A stretch of DNA of 64,000 nucleotides, from positions 32,001 to 96,000 of the forward strand of contig JBBRLX010000008.1 in NCBI GenBank assembly GCA_038231135.1, read 5' to 3'. The stretch is from Candidatus Eiseniibacteriota bacterium. Its GTDB lineage: Bacteria; Eisenbacteria; RBG-16-71-46. This document shows positions 18,519-27,396 of this stretch, piece by piece. The notes beneath the pieces were generated by a model. The model made no database searches. It worked only from the letters and a program-made list of their open reading frames with translations, and had not been told where the DNA came from. The first letter of the stretch is position 1. Every line of letters begins with the position of its first letter. The position numbers and the translations under genes were made by a program.

Positions 18519-19460
18519 TCATTGGCTGGGATCGACAACCGTCCGCGCAGTGAACCCTTGCCGCGAGAACGCACTCGCGTCCTTCGCCGTGCGGTACTCG
18601 CTGTCACTCGTGCGGATGCGCAGCGCACGTTCCGATTCCCAGTCCACGCCGGATATGTAGACGCCATGAGCATGAGCCTGCCAGAGCAGGAGGCCGCGGT
18701 GGCGAGCGGACCAGGTCTCGGTTGCTGGGAGCACATCGACTTGGGCGTCGATGCCGCCCAGGACTCCGCCCGGCTCGAAGAATGACACGGTGCATGCTCG
18801 CATCGTCTTCCCGGGAGAATCCTGCGTTGACTCCAATCGGTACTCTCCGTCGCCGCCGAAATCCATGACCATGCCGCCTGCGAAGCCCAGCATCGCGGTC
18901 CAGGCGATCGCTGCGACCAGAGCAATCGCCTCCGCGAATCTCTGCCGCCCGCTCCGCTGCGATGCGGTTGGCGGGTCTCCTTCCACGAGAGGGTCCGGAA
19001 TTCCAGCGGTGGCCTGAGGCGAGAGCCTGTCGAAGAGCGTGAACCAGACCAGGATGAACGATATACCTTCGATCGCGCTTGGGACTCTGCGCAGCCAATC
19101 GGCCGTGGAGGGCGGCCATGCCGCCAGGATCAGAAGGAACGGCAACAGCGTCCCGCACGCAAGAAGCGAAGCGAGAATCGCGACGCGAAGCGCCGCCTTG
19201 CCGCCGCGAACCTGCCGGCGCGCCATGACCCACTGAACCAGGATGCAGCCGGGCAATAGCCAGATCGCGAACAGGATCGACATTGCAACCAGGTAAACGG
19301 TAGCCAGGAATACGAGACTCTCTGCCGTGAAAGGCGGGCTCGATGGTGACAACTTGTCAGGTAAGCTGTGGAGTACGTCGATGGCGAACGCCACGAGCAG
19401 AGCCGCGAGAGTGGCGACCAGCCCTCGGAGCCTGGGATCGTCGACAGGGCGTGCGCGCAT
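18519..19460 (-). CDS. Hypothetical multi-pass membrane protein with a small C-terminal extracytoplasmic domain
   Basis: About five TM helices, then SPGKT...VDWESERALRI (DUF5412-like pattern, weak); lower GC than its neighbours; start uncertain. Confidence 0.6.
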   Translation of the reverse strand: MRARPVDDPRLRGLVATLAALLVAFAIDVLHSLPDKLSPSSPPFTAESLVFLATVYLVAMSILFAIWLLPGCILVQWVMARRQVRGGKAALRVAILASLLACGTLLPFLLILAAWPPSTADWLRRVPSAIEGISFILVWFTLFDRLSPQATAGIPDPLVEGDPPTASQRSGRQRFAEAIALVAAIAWTAMLGFAGGMVMDFGGDGEYRLESTQDSPGKTMRACTVSFFEPGGVLGGIDAQVDVLPATETWSARHRGLLLWQAHAHGVYISGVDWESERALRIRTSDSEYRTAKDASAFSRQGFTARTVVDPSQ

Positions 19461-19527
19461 GCCTACATCATCGGCTGGCGGTTCCTGCGCCTGCAGGCCG
19501 TGACCACGCGCTCGACCGACTTGTTCG

Positions 19528-20319
19528 TCAACCAACGACCTCGTCGCCGACCCGCGGCCCGAACCGCTCCCGGAACCTCGCCACCACCGCCGCCAGCGGC
19601 GGGTCCAGTCGTGTCAGCGTCTCGCGTTCGATCGCTGCCGGCACGCCGAAATGGGCTCCGGCCACTGCGCCTGCGATGCACGCCATGGTGTCGGCGTCGC
19701 CGCCGAGCGAGATCGCGTTGCGGAGCGCATCCTCGAAGTCGTTCGCCTCGAGGAACGACACCAGCGCCGGCGGCACCGAGCCCTGGCACGACACGTCGAA
19801 CGTGTGCGCCGCGCGGATCGCGTCGAGCGGCGTCGACAGGTCGTAGCCGAACCGCGATTCCACGAACCGGCGGATCGCGGGCTTGTCCGCGCCCGTGCGC
19901 GCGAGGAACACGGCTGCCGCCGTGGCCTGGGCGCCGCGAATCCCCTCGGGATGATCGTGCGTGACCGCCGCGCTGCGTTCGGCCGCCGCCAGCACCGGTT
20001 CCATGCTATCGAACGCATACGCGACCGGGCTCACCCGCATGGCGGAGCCGTTGCCCCAGCTGCCATACGGTTTGCGATCGCGAGTGAGCGCCCAGTTGAG
20101 AAACGTCCCGCCGTAGCCGGCGCGCGGATAACGGTGAACGTAGTCGTGGAGCGTATCCACCAGGTCCGAGCCATCGAGGATCCACTCCGCGACCGCGACG
20201 GTGAGCACGGTGTCGTCCGTGAACCGGTGCCGCGCGCCGAACAACTCGAAGTCCTTCGACTTGCGCGGCGAGCCTTCGTGGATCGAGCCGGCGACGTCGC
20301 CGGCGATCGCGCCGATCAC
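19528..20319 (-). CDS. ADP-ribosylglycohydrolase family protein
   Basis: GAIAGDVAGS, FTDDT, SWGNGSAMR, THDHPEG, GGDADT; GTGA overlap with the anti-sigma stop. Confidence 0.93.
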   Translation of the reverse strand: MIGAIAGDVAGSIHEGSPRKSKDFELFGARHRFTDDTVLTVAVAEWILDGSDLVDTLHDYVHRYPRAGYGGTFLNWALTRDRKPYGSWGNGSAMRVSPVAYAFDSMEPVLAAAERSAAVTHDHPEGIRGAQATAAAVFLARTGADKPAIRRFVESRFGYDLSTPLDAIRAAHTFDVSCQGSVPPALVSFLEANDFEDALRNAISLGGDADTMACIAGAVAGAHFGVPAAIERETLTRLDPPLAAVVARFRERFGPRVGDEVVG

Positions 20320-22007
20320 TTCGCCCGGATCGTCTGCACCCGCGCTTCGATCGCGTGGCGCTCGACTGGAGTCGCGAGCTTCGCCTGCGCGTCGAGCGCC
20401 TGCACCGCCGCCGTCGCGCGCGCCGCGTTCGGCTCGAGCTCCCACGCCCGCGTGCGCGCCGCGGCGTCACGGGCAACAGCGGCTCGCGCGGCGGCCGGAC
20501 TGCCCTTCACCCGTGCGGCCACGCGTCCCCACGCTTCGCCGGCGTGGTCGAATGCCGCCGGGCTCGGATGCCGCGCGGCCGCGGTGTCGGCGCGCTCTGC
20601 CAGCATCACCCACGGCTGGGCGGCCAGCGGCCAGTGCACCGCGGGGTGTGTCGCCGTCGCAGTCTTCATCGCCAGCGAGCTCCAGCCGGTAACGGGCGGA
20701 TTGCCGGCGGGCCCGGGCGGGCCCTGCAGGCTCAGTCGCCCGTTCGACGCGGCCGGTCCGCCCATCACCGAGATCGCGGCCAGCGTCACCACTTCATCGC
20801 GCGCGTCCGGCGTCACGGTGAGCGTCTGGCGCGACTCGCGGAATCCGACCGCCATCACAGACAGCGTGCGGTCGCCGGCGGGGACGTCGAGGCACCAGCG
20901 GCCGCCGTCGTCGGTGGAGGTCGTGAGCGCCTGGTCCACCATCGTCACCTGCGCCCCGGCCACGGGCCGGCCGTGATCGTCACGCACCACGCCGCACGTG
21001 TGATGAACGGCCCCGCCGGCATCGCGCGCCTCGGTCTGCGGCGCCGGCGCGCCGGCGTCGTTCGACTTCACGAGCGAACCGGCGAGCGGTGTCGCGGTCG
21101 CGAACTCCTTCACCCTCCGGCCGCGCAATGTCAGGGCTCCCGGCGAGGGAGCCGGCGCCGGCGCGGGTGCGGGAGCCGCCTGCCGGCGGAGCGCGTCGGC
21201 GGCATTCGGCACCGGCACATCCTCACCCCCGTCACCGCGGCGCACCTGGCGCATGCGATTGGGCGGCGGCGCCGCCTGGTTCATCGGCGCGGACCGCCCC
21301 GTCGCGGGTGCGTTGGTTCGTTCATCGGCGGGTGCAGACGCGGCGCCGGGCTCGGCGGCGAAGCCCTGCGCGGGAGCGGCGGACGATTTCGCCAGGCCCT
21401 GCGGCTGCGCATCCTTCGCCGACATCGCCGCCGGTGAGCGAGCGCCCTGCGAATTCATATTCGAACGCGTGCGCGTGGGTTCATCCTTCGCGGAATTCCT
21501 CGCGACCGGTCCCGACGCCCCCGCCAAAGGCGCCGCGGGCGTCGCCTGATGCCCGGCGTCCGAGGACTGCGCAGCCGGCGGCAGTTCGCGCAACTGCTCG
21601 ACGGGCATCTCGTGCGAAGTGACGAGCACCACGCCCACTCCGACCACCAGCGCCGCGGCCGCGCTGACCATGGCGAGCCTGCGTCCCGAGAGCCAGCGCC
21701 CCAGCGCCAGGAACGGCTTCCCGGCCACTTCCGGCACGGCCCGCACCGTCTGGCCGTCGACGGGCTCCATCGACACGCCGCGGGTGCGGATCCGTTCCGC
21801 GACGCGGTCGGCGAACGTGGCGAAGTAGGCATCGCCGGGCTCGCGCGTGAGAGCGGCCGCAAGCGCCCGGTCGTTCGCCACCAGCGCTGCGAGCCGGTCG
21901 CGGCACTCCGCGCACTCTCCGACGTGCCGGTCGGCGGCCGTCCGCGGCTGCGCGTCCATTGCTCCATCGGCCAGCGCGCTCAGCTCGGCATCGTCCAGGT
22001 GCTTCAT
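20316..22007 (-). CDS. Zinc-binding anti-sigma factor (zf-HC2) with TM helix and carboxypeptidase-regulatory-like domain
   Basis: HVGECAEC (HxxxCxxC), one TM helix, Ala/Pro linker, GVVRDDHGRPVAGAQV...TDDGGRW...AVGF; ATGA overlap with the sigma gene. Confidence 0.82.
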   Translation of the reverse strand: MKHLDDAELSALADGAMDAQPRTAADRHVGECAECRDRLAALVANDRALAAALTREPGDAYFATFADRVAERIRTRGVSMEPVDGQTVRAVPEVAGKPFLALGRWLSGRRLAMVSAAAALVVGVGVVLVTSHEMPVEQLRELPPAAQSSDAGHQATPAAPLAGASGPVARNSAKDEPTRTRSNMNSQGARSPAAMSAKDAQPQGLAKSSAAPAQGFAAEPGAASAPADERTNAPATGRSAPMNQAAPPPNRMRQVRRGDGGEDVPVPNAADALRRQAAPAPAPAPAPSPGALTLRGRRVKEFATATPLAGSLVKSNDAGAPAPQTEARDAGGAVHHTCGVVRDDHGRPVAGAQVTMVDQALTTSTDDGGRWCLDVPAGDRTLSVMAVGFRESRQTLTVTPDARDEVVTLAAISVMGGPAASNGRLSLQGPPGPAGNPPVTGWSSLAMKTATATHPAVHWPLAAQPWVMLAERADTAAARHPSPAAFDHAGEAWGRVAARVKGSPAAARAAVARDAAARTRAWELEPNAARATAAVQALDAQAKLATPVERHAIEARVQTIRAK

Positions 22008-22600
22008 GGCTTCTCCCCGGTGCGCGCCGCGAGGCGCGACTTGAGTTCCGCGCGCGCCCGCGACAACCGCGACATCACCGTGCCCGCTGGAATGTGCAGC
22101 GCCACGGCGATCTCCTCGTACGACAGTTCCTGCACCGCGCGCAGCACCAGCACCGCCTGATGCTCGGGCGACAACTCCGCGAATACCTCGTTCAGATGCC
22201 CGGCGTGCTCGGTCTCCGCCAGCTCCTCCGCGGGATCCGTCCCGCCCTCCCACTGCTTCCCGGCCTCCACGAGCGATTCGATCGACGTCTCCGGCCGGCG
22301 CTTGCGGTGGCGGAACAGCGAATACGCCAGATTCACAGCGATCCGCGACAGCCACGGCTGGAGCGGCTCGCCCACGCGGAACCTGCCAAGCGCCTGGTAG
22401 GCGCGCACGAAGGTCTCCTGGGCGAGGTCGTCAGCGTCGCTGGCGTTGCGGGTGAGCCCGTAGGCAACGCGGTACACCGCACGCTGATGGCGCCGCACCA
22501 GACTGCCGAACGCGGCCTGGTCGCCGGCCTGAGCCGCCGTCACCAGGCTGGCGTCGTCGCCCGCCTCCACATCTTCCTTACGCCGCGGCTCGGGGTTCAT
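22004..22600 (-). CDS. ECF sigma-70 factor
   Basis: DADDLAQETFVRAY, WLSRIAVN, LSYEEIA, GTVMSRLSRAR. TTGACA at 22638-22633 upstream. Alternative start GTG 22570. Confidence 0.95.
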   Translation of the reverse strand: MNPEPRRKEDVEAGDDASLVTAAQAGDQAAFGSLVRRHQRAVYRVAYGLTRNASDADDLAQETFVRAYQALGRFRVGEPLQPWLSRIAVNLAYSLFRHRKRRPETSIESLVEAGKQWEGGTDPAEELAETEHAGHLNEVFAELSPEHQAVLVLRAVQELSYEEIAVALHIPAGTVMSRLSRARAELKSRLAARTGEKP

Positions 22601-22662
22601 TCCAGGGAACGGGTACGGCGGCCGGGGGTGGGTGTCAAGACTTTAAGACTCCGGCGGTCCGG

Positions 22663-23385
22663 TCAGACTCGTGGCGCGGCGGCCGCGTCGCGCTCGCGGC
22701 GAGCGTCCGCCAGCGCGACCGCGGGGTCGGGCGCGTCGGTGATCGCGCGCCCCAGCACCAGCAGGCCGGCCCCGGCGGCCGTCGCGTCGGCGATCGTGGC
22801 GACGCGCTTCTGGTCCTGCGCCCCGGCGCCGGCGGGCCTGATCCCGGGGGTCACGGCGAAGAACGGCGCGGGATGCCGGGCACGCAGGCCCGGCAGATCG
22901 GACGCCGAGCACACGATGCCGTGGGCTCCGGCCCGCTCGGCGTCGGCGAGCATCGCGGTCTGCACCGCGGCGAGGTCGAATGGCTGCTGGTAGCCGGGCG
23001 GCATAGCCGCCGGGTCGAGGCTCGTGAGCACCGTCACCGAAACGACGCGCGTCGCGCCGCCCGCGCCCCGGATCGCGTCCACGGCGGCGGCGATCATGTC
23101 CCGGCCGCCCGCGGCGTGAACGGTGAGCAGGTCGGCGCCGAGCCTCGCCGCCGCCGCCGCGGCGCCCGCGACGGTGTTGGGAATGTCGTGCAGCTTGAGA
23201 TCGAGGAACACCCGGCGGCCACGACGCGTCAGCGCCCGCACCGCCTCGGGGCCCGCGGTCGCGAACAACTGCAGGCCGACCTTCGCCAGTTCCGGCCCGG
23301 CGCCGAGCGTCCGATCGAGCGCCAGTGCCTGCTCGAGCGTGTCGACGTCGAATGCGATCGCGAACTCGGGCTGGCCCAGGATCAC
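22663..23385 (-). CDS. pyrF: Orotidine-5'-phosphate decarboxylase
   Basis: FLDLKLHDIPNTV, VTVLTS, TPGIRP, DQKRVAT, GRAIT. Confidence 0.96.
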   Translation of the reverse strand: MILGQPEFAIAFDVDTLEQALALDRTLGAGPELAKVGLQLFATAGPEAVRALTRRGRRVFLDLKLHDIPNTVAGAAAAAARLGADLLTVHAAGGRDMIAAAVDAIRGAGGATRVVSVTVLTSLDPAAMPPGYQQPFDLAAVQTAMLADAERAGAHGIVCSASDLPGLRARHPAPFFAVTPGIRPAGAGAQDQKRVATIADATAAGAGLLVLGRAITDAPDPAVALADARRERDAAAAPRV

Positions 23386-24548
23386 GCCGGCCCCCGGTCG
23401 CGGTCCGGAACCAGCGACGGACCGCCGTCGTGGGCGCCGCCATCGGCGCCCTGCGCCGCGAGCCGCGCGCGCCACGCCGCAATCGAGCGCACGCCCGCGC
23501 CGGCGAGGAACGCCTGCAACTCGCCCAGCACGTCGAGCGCGGCGCGCGGCCTGAGGAACGACGCGGTGCCGACCTGCACCGCGGTCGCGCCGACCGCCAG
23601 GAATTCCAGCGCGTCGCGCCCGCTCACGATGCCGCCGGATCCGATCACCGGGATCGTCACCGCCCGCACGCACTCGGCGCAGCGCGCGAGCGCGAGCGGC
23701 TTGATCGCGGGCCCCGACAGGCCGCCCGTCGCGCGGTTCAGCTTCGAGCGCCCGGTGCCGAGATCGACCGTCATGCCGACGAACGTGTTCACGGCCGTGA
23801 TCGCATCCGCCCCGCCCTGTTCGCAGGCGCGCGCCAGCTCGCCGATCGCGGTGACGTCGGGCGACAGCTTGGCGATCAGCGGCCGCGATGTCCGTGCGCG
23901 CAGCCGCCGCAGCGTGGCTTCGAGCCGCCGCGCCACGGTCCAGTAGCGCGCGCCCCCGCGGGCCACGTTCGGGCACGAGAAATTGATCTCGAACGCCGCG
24001 ATCGCGGGCTCGCCGGCGAGCGCCGCAAGCAGCCGCTCGAGGTCGCGCGCGGTGTCGCCGCCGACCGACGCAACGATCGCGGCGCCGAGCCCGGCGAGCT
24101 TCGGCACCTTCTCGGCGCGGAACTTCGCGAGCCCGACGTTCTCGAGCCCGATGGAATTCAGCATGCCGGCCGCGGTCTCGACGATGCGCTGCGGCGGATT
24201 GCCGGCGCGCGGCTCGAGCGTGACGGTCTTGGTGATCACGGCGCCGAGCCGCGCGGGGTCGGCGACGTGCGCGTATTCGTCGCCGTAGCCGAACGTGCCC
24301 GACGCGACGAGGATCGGGTTCGCTAGCACGAGCGAGCCGATGTGCACCGTCAGATCGAGCGGCGCGAGCCCGGGACCGCCGCTGGCCGGTGGCGCGGGCC
24401 GCGTGGCCCTGCCGCCGGCGGGCGGCGCCGGGCGCGCGCCGGCGCCATTCGCCGCGGGACGCCGCGCCGCGGGTGGAGCCGTGCGCGTTCTGCGCGTTCC
24501 ACGCGTCGTACGCGCGGCGGCGTGCCGCGCGAGCGCCGGGCGCTTCAC
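23382..24548 (-). CDS. pyrD: Dihydroorotate dehydrogenase family 1B catalytic subunit
   Basis: ASGTFGYG, MLNSIGLEN, NFSCPN, KLSP, GGLSGPAIKP. The GTG start overlaps the pyrK stop and gives a long N-terminal extension. Confidence 0.93.
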   Translation of the reverse strand: MKRPALARHAAARTTRGTRRTRTAPPAARRPAANGAGARPAPPAGGRATRPAPPASGGPGLAPLDLTVHIGSLVLANPILVASGTFGYGDEYAHVADPARLGAVITKTVTLEPRAGNPPQRIVETAAGMLNSIGLENVGLAKFRAEKVPKLAGLGAAIVASVGGDTARDLERLLAALAGEPAIAAFEINFSCPNVARGGARYWTVARRLEATLRRLRARTSRPLIAKLSPDVTAIGELARACEQGGADAITAVNTFVGMTVDLGTGRSKLNRATGGLSGPAIKPLALARCAECVRAVTIPVIGSGGIVSGRDALEFLAVGATAVQVGTASFLRPRAALDVLGELQAFLAGAGVRSIAAWRARLAAQGADGGAHDGGPSLVPDRDRGPA

Positions 24549-25420
24549 GACACGCGCTCCCAGTCGAGCTCGCGCGCCTCGAACACCGGGCCCTCGGTGC
24601 AGCACATCGCGTACTCCCGGTTGCCGAACAGCGACGGCAGGCTCGACTCCCAGCCGGCGCGGCCACCAACGCTGCGCGGCAGCGGGCAGCCGCGGCACAC
24701 GCCGGTGCCGCACGCCATCACCGATTCCATCGCGAGCCACGCGCGCACGTCCCTGGCGAGCGCCCAGCGCGCGATCGCGCGCAGCATGCCGTGCGGGCCG
24801 CAGGCGTGGATCACGAGCGGCTGCGGAAATCCGGGCGCCAGGCGGTCGAGTAGCTCCACCACGTTGCCGCGCGCGCCGCGGCTGCCGTCGTCGGTGCACA
24901 GGTGCAACCCGCCGCGGACGCGCGCGAGCCGCCGCCGCGCCTCGGCGAGGCCGACGAGCTGGTCCTTGCTGCGCGCGCCGAACAGGAACTCCGGCCGCCG
25001 CGCCAGCGCGTCCGCCGCGAACAGCAGCGGCGCCACGCCGCGGCCCCCCGCGATCAGCACCGGGGTGCCGGGGGCGGCGAGCGAGAAGCCAGCCCCGAGC
25101 GGCCCCAGCACCTGCACCGCGTCGCCGGTACGCAGCGCGGCCAGCGCGCGCGTGCCGGTGCCGACCGGCGCATAGAGGAAGCTCACGTGCCAGCGGCGCC
25201 CGTGGCGCTCGGCGCCCGCCACGCTCATCGGCCGCGGCAGGAACGTGGCCGCGGCGGGGGTGGCCGACAGCAGCTGCATGAACTGGCCCGGCAAAGGCGC
25301 GGTGAACGGCTCGGGCAGCTCGAGCTCGAGCCACAGGTACCCGTCGCCGTAGTCGGAATGCTGCTGCACCACGCGGGCCGTCACCTGCCGCCACGCGCTC
25401 GCGAGCGTGGCCACGGTCAT
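24545..25420 (-). CDS. pyrK: Dihydroorotate dehydrogenase electron transfer subunit
   Basis: PGQF, RPMS, GPLG, GGRGVAP, ACGP, MACGTGVCRGC...CTEGPVF (2Fe-2S ligands). Confidence 0.93.
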   Translation of the reverse strand: MTVATLASAWRQVTARVVQQHSDYGDGYLWLELELPEPFTAPLPGQFMQLLSATPAAATFLPRPMSVAGAERHGRRWHVSFLYAPVGTGTRALAALRTGDAVQVLGPLGAGFSLAAPGTPVLIAGGRGVAPLLFAADALARRPEFLFGARSKDQLVGLAEARRRLARVRGGLHLCTDDGSRGARGNVVELLDRLAPGFPQPLVIHACGPHGMLRAIARWALARDVRAWLAMESVMACGTGVCRGCPLPRSVGGRAGWESSLPSLFGNREYAMCCTEGPVFEARELDWERVS

Positions 25421-27396
25421 CGACGGTTGCCCGTGGTATCGGAAGGCGCGGGCCCCATCGGGCCCGGCGGCGGCGCGGCGGCGGTGTCGGGACTCGCGGT
25501 ATGCACGGGATTCGGGGGCACGGACGTGGTGTCGGCGGGCGTCGGGCGCACCGGGCTCGGCGGCGGCGCCGCTGTGGTGTCGCGGGGCGCGAACGCGGGA
25601 TCGCCGGCGTGCCGAGATCGCGACCGCGGCGGCTCGACCCGTCCCGGCGACGTCGAGCTGCCGGACTTGGGCGTGCTCGGCGTGTCGCCCGCGAACCCGG
25701 GCGCCGCGTCACCGGGCACCGGCGGCCGTTCGAGCGACTGCGGCAGCAGCGACAGGCGGCGCGGCGCCATGCGGCCCAGCAGCGAATCCGGCCCGGCGAC
25801 GCCCGGCCCAAGCGTGCCCAGCGCCGGTGTCGAATCCGGCGGCGCGGTCAGCGACATGGTGTCGATCGCCGCCACCTGCTCCGGGATCGGCATCTTGATC
25901 AGGTCGGCCGGCACCTGCTTGCCCGACATCTCGAGGTAGTCGCGCGCCGCGAGCTGCGCCTCGGTCGCGGGATAGTCGTGCACAACGGTCCAGAACAGCG
26001 AGTCCGCCTCCGCCTTGCGATCGAGCCTGCGGCTCAGCACCCAGGCTTCGGCATTCAGCGCCTTCGCCGCCGACGGCGTGCCGGGATACTTGGACGCGAT
26101 CGCGCGATATTCCTCGAGCGCGCGGTCGGGCTTGTCGAGCTCGAACAGGTATTGCTCCGCGACGAGGAACGCGGCCTCCTGCTGGCGGGCCGCGCTGTCG
26201 CCGCCGGCGCTGCGGAACTTCGCGATGCGGTCGAGATTGTGCAGCCGGTCCTGGGCCTGGATTCCGAAGCCGGCCTGCCCGACCTGGGCCTGAACGAGCT
26301 GGTATTCGTTCCGGGCCTTCTCGAAGTCGTCGCCGACGGTCTCGTACGCGTAACCGGTGCGATACTGCGCCTCGCCCGCCAGCGCATCCTTGGGATAATC
26401 CAGCACCACGCGGTGATAGTCCGTGAGCGCGTCCTGCATGCGGCCGGAGCGCAGCTTCACGGTGCCCATGCGGGTGAGCAGCCGTCCATAGCGGTCGTAG
26501 CCCGGCGTCGCCTGCACCACTGCGGGCCGGCCGCCGGTGGTGTCGGGCGGCAGCGGCTCGTGCTCGTGTGCGATGGCGTTGCGCAGCAATCCCAGCGCCA
26601 CGTCGTACGAGTGGCTGGCTTCGAGGCAGTCGATTTCACTCAGCAGATACTTGAGCCGGTCGTCGTCGGTCGTCGCGCGATGGCCGAGCTCCTGGTAGTC
26701 GAGGCGCGCCGACTCGAACTGCCGGGCGGCGAACAGCGCGTCGGCGCGGGCGATGCGCGCGCGGTCGGCGAGGCGGCTCTTCGGGAACTTCTCGATCACC
26801 TTGCTCGCGGACGCCGCGGCGCCCTCGGGGTCCTTGAGCGACATCAGCGCCCGCGCGCGTTCGAGATAGGCGTAGGGCGCGAGCTTGTTCCGGGGCGACT
26901 TCTGGAGGAACTCGTCCAGCGTGCGCACGGCTTGCCGGTACTTGCGTCCCTGGCGGTACGCGACGCCCAGGTAGAAGTGCGCCTCGTCCTTGAGCGGACT
27001 CTTCGGAAACCGCGTCGGGAACTCGTCGAGCATCTTCGCGGTCTGGAGCGGATCGTTCTGTCCGAGCAGCGCGCACGCCCACATCAGATAGGCGTCGTCG
27101 ACCCATTTGGACTTGGGATAGTTCGACAGCACCTTCTTCGAGTAGGTGACCGCGTGGTCGAAGTTCTGCTGGTCGCCGCCGACGACGGGATCGATCGGGT
27201 ACGGTTCGTTCCCGGTGCCGCGCTGGTAATACTTCTTCGCAGAATAGAACGTGTTGTAGTAGGCGCACGACGACGCCAGCGACACCAGCGCCAGGATCAG
27301 CCCGGCGGCGGCGAGGCGGCGGCGGGCGCGGCCGGGCCGCCTGCCCGGGGTGCCGGGTGCAGGGCTGCGGACGACGTCGGCGGACCGCGGGCTCAA
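25417..27396 (-). CDS. TPR lipoprotein (BamD/YfiO-type repeats) with a Pro/Thr-rich tail
   Basis: TTG after AGGAGG, lipobox-like LASSC, repeated (Y/F)PKS..A TPR ends, low-complexity C-terminus. Confidence 0.85.
   Translation of the reverse strand: MSPRSADVVRSPAPGTPGRRPGRARRRLAAAGLILALVSLASSCAYYNTFYSAKKYYQRGTGNEPYPIDPVVGGDQQNFDHAVTYSKKVLSNYPKSKWVDDAYLMWACALLGQNDPLQTAKMLDEFPTRFPKSPLKDEAHFYLGVAYRQGRKYRQAVRTLDEFLQKSPRNKLAPYAYLERARALMSLKDPEGAAASASKVIEKFPKSRLADRARIARADALFAARQFESARLDYQELGHRATTDDDRLKYLLSEIDCLEASHSYDVALGLLRNAIAHEHEPLPPDTTGGRPAVVQATPGYDRYGRLLTRMGTVKLRSGRMQDALTDYHRVVLDYPKDALAGEAQYRTGYAYETVGDDFEKARNEYQLVQAQVGQAGFGIQAQDRLHNLDRIAKFRSAGGDSAARQQEAAFLVAEQYLFELDKPDRALEEYRAIASKYPGTPSAAKALNAEAWVLSRRLDRKAEADSLFWTVVHDYPATEAQLAARDYLEMSGKQVPADLIKMPIPEQVAAIDTMSLTAPPDSTPALGTLGPGVAGPDSLLGRMAPRRLSLLPQSLERPPVPGDAAPGFAGDTPSTPKSGSSTSPGRVEPPRSRSRHAGDPAFAPRDTTAAPPPSPVRPTPADTTSVPPNPVHTASPDTAAAPPPGPMGPAPSDTTGNRR

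Noticed and set aside
22663..25811. Apparent long fusions in the ORF track (668-aa pyrF, 809-aa pyrD, 1517-aa discoidin, 811-aa ligase, 720-aa SDR, 726-aa pyrB)
   Set aside because: The N-terminal parts are off-frame or antisense readings of neighbouring genes; real starts sit at stop/start overlaps or behind SD sequences.
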